Of a stretch of DNA of 64,000 bases, positions 50,785 to 61,965 are shown in pieces. Source of the stretch: Azolla caroliniana (taxonomy: Eukaryota > Plantae > Polypodiophyta); NCBI GenBank assembly GCA_043228905.1, contig JBHGNT010000005.1:3224001-3288000 (forward strand), written 5' to 3'. The notes below the pieces were generated by a model. That model made no database searches. It worked only from the letters and a program-made list of their open reading frames with translations, and was not told where the DNA came from. How positions within the stretch are numbered: the first letter of the stretch is position 1; each line of letters starts with the position of its first letter. Made by a program: the position numbers and the translations under genes.

Positions 50785-52581
50785 ACGCATTACGCTTAGA
50801 TGCCTATTCGTTGTCCCACACCCAATTGGAGGTCTAGGTCGAAGAACTGACCGCGGACCGTGTTCCTAATTGGCAACATCGAGCATCTTGTTCACAGTCG
50901 CAACCACCAGGTATGGACTATCAGCAATTCAAATACCATGATGGATTACTATTCTTTAATGAACTCTTGTATGTTCCTAATGGTTATTGTTGCCTTCGAG
51001 TAGTCCAAAACTGTCATGGCACACATATATAGCTGGGCATTTTGGTAGTACTAAAACATTAGATTTAGTACAACGACCATTTTGGTGGCCTCGTATGCGA
51101 CAATTGTCGAAGATTTTGTTCGGACTTGTGATACATGCTACAGAGCGAAAATGCCAAGGCATCATCCATATGGTTTATTAGAACCATTACCAATTCCAAG
51201 CAAGCTGTGGCAATCCATTGCTCTAGACTTCATCACAGATCTTCTAGTCTCTAAGGGGTTCAATGCGATTCTAACAATCGTAGATCGATATACGAAGATG
51301 CCTCATTTCTTGCCATGTACTAAGAAAATATCCAGTGAAGAAACTGCTAAAATTGTCATGCGCAAAGTATGTCGGCATCATGGCCTTCCCGATAGTATCA
51401 TCAGCGACCGTGGACCCTAGTTCGTATCGAAATTTTGGAAGCACCTTTTTAAAATGGTCAAGGTCACATGTAACCTCTCCTCCGGCTACCACCCACAAAC
51501 AGATGGCCAAGCAGAATGAACAAATCAAACACTGGAGCAATATCTTCGGTGCTTTCTAAGCTATCATCAAGATGACTGGGTAGATATTCTCCACTTCGCC
51601 GAATTTGTCTACAATAACTCTGTCCACGCATTGACTAAAGTTACGCCATTTTATGCTTATACGGGTTCTCACCCCCGATGGTGTGTATTTGAAACCCCAG
51701 AGTTGTCCACAAATCCTTGCGCAGAGGAACATTTAGAGCAGTTATGCAAGATATAAGCCGATTTATCTACTCATCTCCAACAAGCTCAACAAACACACAA
51801 GGTTTATGCGGATCGTCATCGACTTCCATCCAGTTTTAACATTAGAGATCGGGTATGGCTACTATGATGACACATCAAGACTACTCGCCCATGCGAGAAG
51901 TTGGATTATCGGCGATTAGGTCCTTTCCGTATTATAGGAAAGATTAATGATGTCGCTTTTCGTCTCGATCTACCTCTGCAACTTCGGATATATCCGGTGT
52001 TTCATAGTTCTCTCCTCGAACCCTATCAAGAGAACACCATCCCAAGACATATTACACAGCCTCCACCCCCGATCGAGCTTGAAGATGGACTTGAGTACGA
52101 GGTTGCCGCCATCCTTGATTCCAAGATTGTTCGCAACAAGCTCTACTATCTAGTCGATTGGCTAGGATATAGTCCCAACGAGCGTACTTGGGAACCGATA
52201 GAGAATGTGACCAATGCTCGTGCTCTTCTTGAAGACTTCCATCGTCAATATCCAAACCAATCGGGTCCTCAATCCAAGGGGGGATAGTGTCATGATATGG
52301 CAAGACTCGAACCCATGACCTTATGCTACATAGGTCGAGCTCTTGACCATTAGACCATACATTGTAATACGTAGAATATCATTTATGTTTTATTATGGAA
52401 AATTGATGTATATTCCCGATTTCTCTGGAACATTCTAGAAACTTCAGGAGTATTCCTCAGAGCACTATAAAAGGAGGCACAAGGCATTATTTCGAACCAA
52501 ATCGGTTCAACGCCAGTCTTAAGCCTCCTAGCTACTACTGTACATTCTCTTCACATAAGATATATATTTTCTTATCATCAC

Positions 52582-52623
<42 letters not shown>

Positions 52624-52735
52624 CCTCCCTCTCACTCACTCTTTCCTTCTCTCGAGAGTTCTTCACCTCTCTTAGTACTAATACTTCTTTTAGTACTAAT
52701 TCCTTCTCTTTCTTAGTATTGTTCCTGACATTACC

Positions 52736-53010
52736 TACATATCCCCCGAGTAAAGAGTCTTATATGCCTTATGGTTATGAAACAAGTGGTTCTTATCCTC
52801 CTGCTACTTATCCTCCACCAGCTTATACCCAACCCCTCCCCAATCTCAAGGTGTATCATCTACCTATCCACCTTCATATCATCCAACCATTAAAGGTGAT
52901 GTAAATTACCCACACCCATATCCCCCTAACTTAGATGGTGCCTATCTACCTGCCTATCCACCTCTGACTGGTGTAACCTATCCAACTTCAAGGTACCCTC
53001 CATCTGAGAA
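52736..53010 (+). pseudogene. Pro/Tyr-rich (xYPP-repeat) coding-like fragment
   Basis: TYPPSKESYMPYGYETSGSYPPATYPPPAYTQP; continues TATCCACCTGCT...CCAACCACATTACC on the other side of the chromovirus (21677-21706). Confidence 0.45.
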
Positions 53011-53404
53011 ATTAAGTGTTTATCCAGTGAATCTTTATCTTACATTAGAGGTCTTGACAAAGCGAAAGGCAAAGAGCACAAGGACAAAGACAAGAATGAC
53101 ACATCACATTGTGCTTGCACATAATCTCTTCTTTCTGTATATAAAAATTTTCAAACATTAAATTTGGGAAAAGAGCAGAATGCACCAACATGTGTATTTG
53201 GCTCCCACTTCCATGCAACCTTTAGTTTTCCTATCTCACCCTTTTGTGGATTAATAAGAGCACTTAGTGTGACTTCTTCTTTTCCAACCATACTCAGCAT
53301 AGAGATCCTACAAAAGAGCAAGAATGATTTGATATTGTATATTGCTACAAACTTGTTAAAATACTGCAACTTCCATACACACAAGTAGGACGAATGAAAG
53401 AATC

Positions 53405-53437
<33 letters not shown>

Positions 53438-55706
53438 TGAGGGCCTAGTAGCCATGGTGAAACAAGAGCATAATGCTCTGCAGAAAAAGGGTGGGGGGCT
53501 TTGCTTGTTTTAGGGGAAAGAGGGGGCACACGAAATTCAAGGTAATTAAACCTAAAAACGTTTTTTATATAAAAATACATAAATAGCCGGTTTTAAAAAT
53601 ATGAACCGGCTAGATTTCGGTTATTGGGAAATTCTAGCCGGAATCAATTTTGGCTCTCCCCCACCTTCGCTAACAAAAGTCCCAACCCAACCGGAACGCT
53701 GACACTGTTCTTGGACTTTGCCCAACACTGGTGAAGACTCATAGTCATGGGGAATATGAAACTCATTAGTTATGTGTCATAGAATCATATTCTATGACAC
53801 ATAGTTAATGTGTAGAGAGTAGTGGTATGACTCTTGACCTTTGAGTGATCATAGATTCTCAAAGGGTGTTTCACACGTTGCACTAGGTTGAGCTTTCATG
53901 TGAAACATCTTTCATTTCAAACTCTAATTGGTTGCGTAATATGACATCTCCTTCTTCACCCCAATTATGCAATATAAAGAGGAGAAATCATCATCCCTTC
54001 CCATCATCATAAGTATGTTAAGTGTTTAAATGAGGTTGTTACAAATGCATAAATGTGCTATGTACTTGAGCGTAATATTTGTGAACGTTCATAATGCCAC
54101 TCAAATAATTGGTTATCACATCATATTGCTCAATTAATAGCATCCATAAATGATTTCATATCTTCACGAAAAGTGAGAAGGAAGATATTCAAATAATTGC
54201 ATAGCGGATGATGAAATTGGTCCATTAATGCCTATTCATCCCAAGGAATGTTTAAACTTAAATGCAAGAAGATGAAGTATATGCCCCAAAAGCCAATACA
54301 TGGCAATCTCCTTGTCTCAACCTTAAAATATATTTTAATTCTAATTCTTATAGTGTTCTTATCCCCAAAACTTGCTCAAATTCTTTATGAAACCATCAAA
54401 ATCCTCCAACAAAGGGAGGTTTATTGTCTAATAATGCTACATAAACCATGCAAGTGTTGTACATATAATTAGGAGTGTTTTTATCAACCCAAGTTAAGAT
54501 GTATACATTGGATTTATGTTGGGAAGCACATGTACACCTAGTTTACAAATCCAGCTCCAAATTTGACAAGTTTGACGAATTTGTACCCCATGAAATTGGA
54601 GGGTGCATGTCAAATCCTAGTTGGCAACTACAATCTTTGATCTTATGGCCGATGTAATCATTTATATTATCCACCCGTTGTCATGGGTAATAAATACATA
54701 TGATCTCGTACACATCGGCAAAGCCCACGAGATAATTCTTGAGAGAGCACTCAAAGCAATGCAATCTTATAATTGGTAACTCATCAACGATACCACCGAT
54801 TAGGAAGATATGCAACTATAGGATCCTTGCACATGCCATCACTTTTCGAAATCGATTCGATGTCACATGGAATAGGGGCGCTAGATCATTCTTACAAGAA
54901 GACCAATATCTATATTTGAGCCTCCAAAAAGGGGCACATAAATTATTGCATAACTAACCCATATGCAATGGTCATTTCCGAGAATGGTTTACTTGTGTTG
55001 TGTTGTGAATCGTGAAAGCAAATGTGAGCCAAGTAAGTATACATGGCTCGGATAGTGTGCATGTCTATGGACGGAACACTTTTGTGTTCCGATCCTTGTA
55101 AAATTTCTGACACATTCTAATACATGTATGAACAGAACAGGGAGGGTTGTGTTCTTCTGTTTGTTGGAAACCGAGTAACCTTACATGTAGAAAACGGACT
55201 TGGTAATGATCAGAGGGAAATAGAGATAGTTAGATCAATGTGTGTGTCTGTGTGTGTACGAGAGAGAGAGAGAGAGAGAGAGAGCGCAAAGATGAAGAAG
55301 ACATTCCCTCCCGAAAGAGAGAAAGAAAATATTCATAGAAAGAGAGATCAATGGCATGTGGGTTTACCAGCCGCCGAATGCATCGCTGGCGATTTCAGTG
55401 GACGGACCTTCTCTTTGTATATCAGAAACCAGCAAGGTTAGTTTGATCTCTGTTCTGGCAAGGTTTGCTATTCTTGTCTAGTGCCTTTTGGTGTTGTTGT
55501 AATTTTTCCGAGTCTGGTTCGCAAAGGAGGAACACACACCATTCCGGTGATAAAACCAGAAATAAAGCTAATATTCCAGTGATAAAAAACTACATTTATG
55601 ATTGGTAGGGAACGACCTCAATTCCACTTGGCCACATCTTACTATATGCTCACCTTGAAATCTTGTTTTTTATTTCAAGAAAAAATATCCTCCATTGGTA
55701 TTAAAA

Positions 55707-56190
55707 TTAAATTGGCCAGAGGCAATATACAAAAACTTCTTTATCTGTTTGCAAAGAACCATACTTCACATACATATAAATCAACATGTCAAAAACTTCT
55801 TCAGCTGTTTGCAAAGAACCATACGTCACATACATATAAATCAACGTGTTTCCTATTGAAATCTCATCGTCTAGCCTTTTCTTCACAATTTCAGCATAAA
55901 TGCACTGACCCTCATCTGGTCTGCCTAAGTCAGCACAAGCTTTTTGGCTGTGTGAATATGCCAGAGCATTCTGAAGGATTCCTTTGTCTTGCATCTGTTA
56001 AAAAATAATACAGCATCTCCTCAGCATATCCATGGTCTATATAGCCTCTTATGAGTGCATTCCATGAGACGATATCTGAAACCATAATTGTGCTAAATGT
56101 TTTCTGTGCAGTTGCCAGGCAACCACATTTAGAATACATATCAATCAAGGTGCTTCCTATAAGATGGTATTTTTCAAACCCTTTCTTCAC
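55707..56190 (-). pseudogene. PLS-class pentatricopeptide repeat gene relic
   Basis: IGSTLIDMYSKCG...DIVSWNALIRGYIDHG and KACADLG...IGNTLIYMYVTYGSLQTAEEVFD; frameshifted. Confidence 0.85.
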
Positions 56191-57258
56191 AACCTTGAAA
56201 TCTTGTTATCCAACACGACACCAAGGTTTTTTTCACCGATGAGATGCTGCCAAGTCAACACCATAAGACTTATTGGTGAACCTAGCATACCACCCTAGTT
56301 CTATTCAGACAAAATCAGTTGCTGCCATGTCAACTTTGTAAAGCTTTATTGCGAACATGGCTTACTGCCGTGGTTCTTTTGTCACCAAATGTGATACTGC
56401 CATGTCAAATCAATAAGACTTACTTGTGAACATGCCTATTCCCTTTGTTGTTTTGCAACCGATGAGATGCTACCGTGCCAACACCACAAGTCGTCCTTCA
56501 GTCTCTAAGGAATCTGGCTTTAGTTAAAAATAGAGGACCTCCATCTCTTTTTCTTGTTTGAATACTACATTGTGATTTTAAATGTGCTCTCTCTTCCTCC
56601 GCTATTTCATTCAGTTGATTTTTCCATCTCTCCTAGAGTCCAATGTGCGAAAAGCTGTTAGATAGGTTTAATAGAATGGAGCTACAGGAAACATAAAGAC
56701 GCAGAACCACTCAAGCAACCTATGTATATGGTAGGAACAAAAATGAGCTGTTTACAATACAAGATAGAATAACCAATTTATACAAAATGAAGTTCAGGTA
56801 GGAGAATTGGCTATTTGGTAGCATATGGTTGACTTCTAATAAATAGGGAATACAATCTTAGTCGATAATAAATTATAGACTGAGAAAATCCAGGAACAGA
56901 GAGAATTTATTCAGATAGATAGATAAATAGATTCTATTCTCATCTTCGGAGGTTAAATATGATCTATGAGACCAAAAATATTAGATTTCACGTAATACAT
57001 GTGAAAGTGAGTAGTGACTCTAGATGTTCAAGAACTTTACCTATGAATGTCGCAATCAAGAGTGCAAATTGTGGTTGTGAGAGAAATTCGTGCAAGGATT
57101 GAGTTTGATTGAAGATGTGTGGAAAGCATGGTCGAAGATGATCAAAGGCAAAGCATTGTATCAAAGTGTGATACTCAGACTCTGGAACTTGTTTAGGGCA
57201 AAGTGTGCATAGTCGATCACTCTTATCACTTGTGCCCCAACGCCCTGTCTCACATCGC

Positions 57259-59076
57259 TGTCACGGACACACCAAGCGTGGACTAAGACGGAGCACGGAT
57301 GATGAGACTACGATGGAGCGATGATGGAATGACACAAGAGCATAAAGATAGAGATGAAGATCAAGGAGAGAGGATGGGCGAAACGAGAATACTAGATTGA
57401 TATGTCCATGACTGGCGTTGTTCACCTTGAATTCCTTCAAGGTGAACTCAACTATTTATACTAAGTGGCATGCATACTTGTTGCACGCATGTGATACAAT
57501 AGAGCATGTAGGCAGTAGGTATGCATGCATGTGCCAAGTGTTAATAATACAAGGGAGAAATTATGCACATAATGCTAGCTAAAACCTACAATGAGGAAGT
57601 ATATACATGATTATATGCTAGATGTGGTTAACACATAACACTCGATTATAACATGGTCATGTCAAGAGTTCGATTCTTGACATTATCCCCCCTCCAACGA
57701 TGCCTTCCCAAATCGTTTGTCGGCTTAAGGGGATATTGTTGATGAAAATCTTAGATCACCTCCAAAGTATTCTGTAAATCCTAGACAAGGAGTAACCCTT
57801 CCACAAGACGGGGTATTTAACACCAACGGGCATGAGCGACCATGTGTGGTCCTCGCCTAGAACTGGAACACAAATATTAACGGGTGTGAGCGACCATGTG
57901 CGGTCCTCACGGGGAGCATGAACACCAAGGGGCATGAGTAACCATGTGGGGTCCTTGCCGGGAACTGGAACGGTCCTCGTAGAGAGTTGGAACATGAACA
58001 CCAACCGGTGTGAGCAACCATGTTGTCCTCACCGAGAAATGGAACACGAACGAGTGAGCGACCATGTGGCCCTCACTGGGAACAGAAACACGAATGGGAG
58101 TAATCGACCATGTGTGGTCCTCACCAGGAACTGGAACATGAACAACAACGGGCATGAGCGACCATGTCAGTCCTCACCAGGATCTGGAACACGAACAATA
58201 GTTGGAGTGAGCGACCATGTGCGGTCCTCACCGGAGATTGGAACACGAACGGGAGTGAGCGACCATGCGGCCCTCACCGGGAATAGGAACACGAACGGGA
58301 GTGAGCGGCCATGTGCAGCCCTCACCGGGAACAGGAACACGAACGGGCATGAGCGACCATGCGGCCCTCACTGGGAACTAGAACACGAACACCAACGGGA
58401 GTGAGCAGCCTTGTGCGGCCCTCACCGGGAACTAGAACACGAACACCAACGGGAAAGAAACTAAAAAATAGAGACAATGATGAGGAGAAACTAAAAGCCA
58501 ATGAAAATGATGAGAAGAAACGAGGAGATGGAAATGGCGAGGAAGATAGGAAATGAAGCGATGTTGATGATGGTACGGTGACGATGGTAACTCTAGAAGC
58601 AAGGGCGATGACGGAGACGGGTGATGCTTCTAGTTGGAAGGTGAACAAACTGTCACGGACACACCAAACGTGGACTAAGACGGAGCACGGATGATGAGAC
58701 TACGATGGAGCGATGACGGAATGACACAAGAGCGTAAAGATAGAGATGAAGATCAAGGAGAGAGGATGGGTGAAACGAGAATACTAGATTGATATGTCCA
58801 TGACTGGTATTGTTCACCTTGAATTCCTTCAAGGTGAACTCAACTATTTATACTAAGTGGCATGCATACTTGTTGCACGCATATGATACAATAGAGCATG
58901 TAGGTAGTAGGTACGCATGCATGTGCCAAGTGTTAATAATACAAGGGAGAAATTATGCACATAATGCTAGCTAAAACCTACAATGAGGAAGTATATACAT
59001 GATTATATGCTAGATGTGTGGTTAACACATAACACTCGATTATAACATGGTCATGTCAAGAGTTCGATTCTTAACA
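57259..59076 (-). mobile_element. Non-autonomous chromovirus derivative (1.8 kb)
   Basis: LTRs 57259-57682 and 58651-59076; PPT on the minus strand at 57683-57693; remnant of the chromodomain tail (DFHQQYPLKP, ~57720-57780); no pol. Confidence 0.88.
57820..58452. repeat. Degenerate tandem array of ~45-55-bp units inside the element
   Basis: Recurring GAGCGACCATGTGCGGTCCTCACCGGGAACTGGAACACGAAC core, roughly a dozen copies. Confidence 0.85.
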
Positions 59077-59822
59077 CTCCTAAGAGTATATAGATACATT
59101 ACAAAAGTCAAGAATATGCCGAATGATCGATTAACACATCTTGCTTGGAATGTTGGATGTAAGCTACAAAAGAATCATAAGAGTAAAATTCTCTCATCCA
59201 GTTGGGTTGTTGACATAAGAAAATGGTTTAGAAGATGGGGTTTGGATGATCTTTTAGAGCTTTCAGGAGATGCTATGTATTAAGTAATGATTGAGGAAAG
59301 GTTGGTGGAATCATTAAGGATGAAGTGGGAAGATGCTATGAGGACAAAGCTCTACATTGCAATTGTCAACCCTGAATGTTGGTCTCAATATAAGGCAAGA
59401 ATTCCTATTGATCATATCTAACCTTAGCTCATTACCAATATAAATAGTAATGCTCATAGATCCCTCACACTACTTCACACTCAATCTCGCAAGCTAGGCA
59501 ATGAAGTTGCATTATGGTATCAAAATGTAAAGTAGACGATGAATGTCACTTGCTCTTCACATGCTCAACATATAGCGCAATTCGTTCAAAATATGATGAC
59601 ATATTAAGAGGGAGTGATAACTTAAGTGCCATACTTAAGACACCACCTAGAAGGTTGAGCTCATATGTGCATGCCGTATTCACGCATAGAGACTTTGTGC
59701 TTCAATGTATGAATACCCCTTTTTAGGAAGAAGACACATATCAAGAACACATGTATACTCTGGTTCCATAGGTCAAAATTGGCTCTTTATGGACAATAAA
59801 AAAAATCTAAAATCTAAAATCT
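59077..59822 (+). mobile_element. LINE 3' portion (inverted relative to its 5' part), ending in an (AAAATCT)n tail
   Basis: LLRVYRYITKVKNMPNDRL..., DECHLLFTC motif, AATAAA plus tandem-repeat tail at ~59795-59822. Confidence 0.75.
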
Positions 59823-59940
59823 CTCTCTCTCTCTCTTAGATAGCTTAATGGTTAAGTCCTTGGCATATGTACACATAGGTCACAGGTTTGAGCCTTGCCA
59901 TCACATGGTGGCCATCATAACATTTTTCATGCATTGCGAT

Positions 59941-60366
59941 TGTCAAGAATCGAACTCTTGACATGACCATGTTATAATCGAGTGTTATGTGTTAACCACA
60001 CATCTAGCATATAATCATGTATATACTTCCTCATTGTAGGTTTTAGCTAGCATTATGTGCATAATTTCTCCCTTGTATTATTAACACTTGGCACATGCAT
60101 GCGTACCTACTGCCTACATGCTCTATTGTATCACATGCGTGCAACAGGTATGCATGCCACTTAGTATAAATAGTTGAGTTCACCTTGAAGGAATTCAAGG
60201 TGAACAACGCCAGTCATGGACATATCAATCTAGTATTCTTGTTTCGCCCATCTTCTCTCCTTGATCTTCACCTCTATCTTTACGCTCTTGTGTCATTCCA
60301 TCATCGCTCCGTCGTTGCCTCATCATCCGTGCTCCGTCTTAGTCCATGCTTGGTGTGTCCGTGACA
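59941..60366 (+). mobile_element. Solo LTR of the 57259-59076 family, opposite orientation
   Basis: Reverse complement of 58651-59076 over 426 bp; flanks GCGAT and AGGAG. Confidence 0.92.
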
Positions 60367-60371
60367 AGGAG

Positions 60372-61480
60372 TGCCAATATCTCTATGGGCCAAACACTTG
60401 TTTCCAAGAGCATAACTTGGTAGGAGGTAGTGCATTTAGCTCCTAATTGCTTCCTTAAAACATCTTTTGAATTTTCTCAATCTCATTCCATGCATTGAGA
60501 GAGATGGTGCCACCCCATACTCCTATTTCATAAAGCCCACCCCATACTCCTATTTCATAAAGCAATACTCGAGTTACCATGGCATTGAACAACATTAGTT
60601 TTACTTCCCATCCACAAGTATCACTTTGGTTACATTGGTTCTCCAAAAGGTATATGATTTCCAACTAGCTTGAAGCCTAGAATCAAAGCACGCACTCCAT
60701 TTATTTGTGGTGGGTACATCAATACCAAGATATTTAAAGCTTTGAACAAATTGTATATGTTCACCTTTATATGTGAGCATAGGGTTGGATGGTTTGCATT
60801 GCCATCGTCTTTCTGTTCTCCATATTCATTGCTAGTCCACTATTATGGCAAAATTCTTCTAATATCCCAAGTAAATGTTGCATACTATCAACATCATATG
60901 AGAAGAGTACCACACCATCTTCATATAAAAGCAATAAGATAACATGTTGCATCAAGGCATTCAATCCTTCTTCTCTTGCAACCTTATTCACCACTTCTTC
61001 TAATTTATCAATACATAAGCCGAGGAGTGTGGGTGATAGTGGATATTGTTGCTTGACCCCCATGTTACTTAAAAAGTGCTTTGAGAATCCACTATCCATT
61101 TTTAGCTAGCATTTAACTTGTTCATATAGGCATGCAACAACAACTCAATACTCTAATGGCATGTCAATCTCTACCATTTTATTCCAAAGCTCACTTCGGG
61201 GTATGGTATCAAAAGCTTTCTTGAAATCAACAAAACAACAATAAAGTGTTTTTCCTTGTAGTCACTCTCTTCCATGATTACTCTCAAGGTGACCAAATGA
61301 TCCACAATGGAGTGTTTTGGTCTAAATCTTGCTAGTACAAGTGCTCTTTTGCTTGTACTTTCAACCCATGTGCTTATGTTTTGCTCCATAATAGTGCTAT
61401 ATAATTTATTAATAGTTGAGCTCACCATTATTGTACGATAATTTGATACTTGATTCTTATCTCTAGCTTTAAATATCGAA
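60372..61480 (-). mobile_element. LINE RT region, degenerate
   Basis: NYRTIMV, RFRPKHSIVDHL, GVKQQYPLSPTL, LLYEDGVVL motifs across several frames. Confidence 0.8.
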
Positions 61481-61679
61481 GAAGGGAAACAATAATATTG
61501 GATGATAATGCAGACACCCTGCATGTATTTATATCGAAGAAGTTTATGAATGACTCTCAACTAAAGATGAAGCAATACCAACATCTATAGCATTGATTCA
61601 ATGCAAAAACGCCCCAAAATTATCCTCTAGAAGGTAGCTTTATTAAGCTCACTAAAGGCATGCTGGGTTCTTATCGAAA

Positions 61680-61965
61680 AGCCTCAAGATAAAGTTGTCA
61701 AATCTTAGCTGAATCTGCTAATTCAGCAGCTTCCATCCCATTTACATCCATTGGTGAATAGTTCTTAAATTTTACCAAGTGACACCTAGCAATTTTTGTG
61801 TTTATTTTTCTTTCAATATGTGCCAAAATCTGTTTGGGAAGAAGAATTTCATCCAATTCTTTGAGTTTGGGTTGTTCCTCAAATGGTGTATCCTTTGGTA
61901 CACCACCTACAAAAGTCAAAGAAGACTCAAATGAAATGCATTATGTATTCTCCAACCTTCAGATA
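61680..61965 (-). pseudogene. Gypsy integrase/chromodomain relic (another copy at ~63240-63485)
   Basis: EEQPKLKELDEILLPKQILAH...HLVKFKNYSPMD...EAAELADS; homologous to 3380-3625. Confidence 0.7.

Larger units (their letters stand above)
40087..50878 (+). mobile_element. Non-chromovirus Ty3/gypsy element with an extra 3' ORF, degenerate
   Basis: LTRs 40087-40501 and 49602-50878 (the latter split by a solo LTR); TSD TCAAG/TCGAG. gag/protease ORF 41117-43009 (CCHC knuckles, VIDGSSG); RT ~43080-43890; RNase H 44744-45100; integrase 45574-46500. Confidence 0.92.
21707..52730 (+). mobile_element. Ty3/gypsy chromovirus (Tcn1-like), degenerate and heavily interrupted
   Basis: LTRs 21707-22137 and 52288-52730; TSD TTACC (21702-21706, 52731-52735); PPT 52276-52287. 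gag 22231-22573 resumes at ~37163; protease LLDSGA (~38090); RT YLDD (~39090); RNase H; integrase 50884-52287 ending in a chromodomain (EYEVAAILD...YLVDWLGY...TWEP). Confidence 0.93.
19002..53730. mobile_element. Non-autonomous hAT-superfamily DNA transposon carrying host gene fragments, expanded to 34.7 kb by nested insertions
   Basis: TIRs TAGTGTTGGGCAAAGTC (19002-19018) and GACTTTGCCCAACACTG (53714-53730), 16/17 match. Perfect 8-bp TSD GTGAAGAC (18994-19001, 53731-53738). CCGG-core subterminal motifs at both ends; no transposase seen. Confidence 0.88.
18116..53907. mobile_element. Old solo LTR split into 18116-18150, 18743-19001 and 53739-~53907 by later insertions
   Basis: The joined pieces are collinear with the 12142-18031 solo LTR (TGTAAAGAAT start; ACTCATTAGTTATG and GACCTTTGAGTG motifs). 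Right end and TSD not resolved. Confidence 0.7.

Noticed and set aside
12142-53907. The two related old LTRs as the ends of one element
   Set aside because: The first has its own CTTTG TSD, they are only 84 bp apart, and no PBS or PPT lies between them.
57820-58452. CRISPR-like look of the repeat array
   Set aside because: Units are contiguous and degenerate, lack unique spacers, lie inside an LTR element in a plant genome, and no cas genes are present.
59838-59905. Functional tRNA gene
   Set aside because: Has A/B-box-like motifs but no proper acceptor or anticodon stems; resembles the tRNA-like LTR tip instead.
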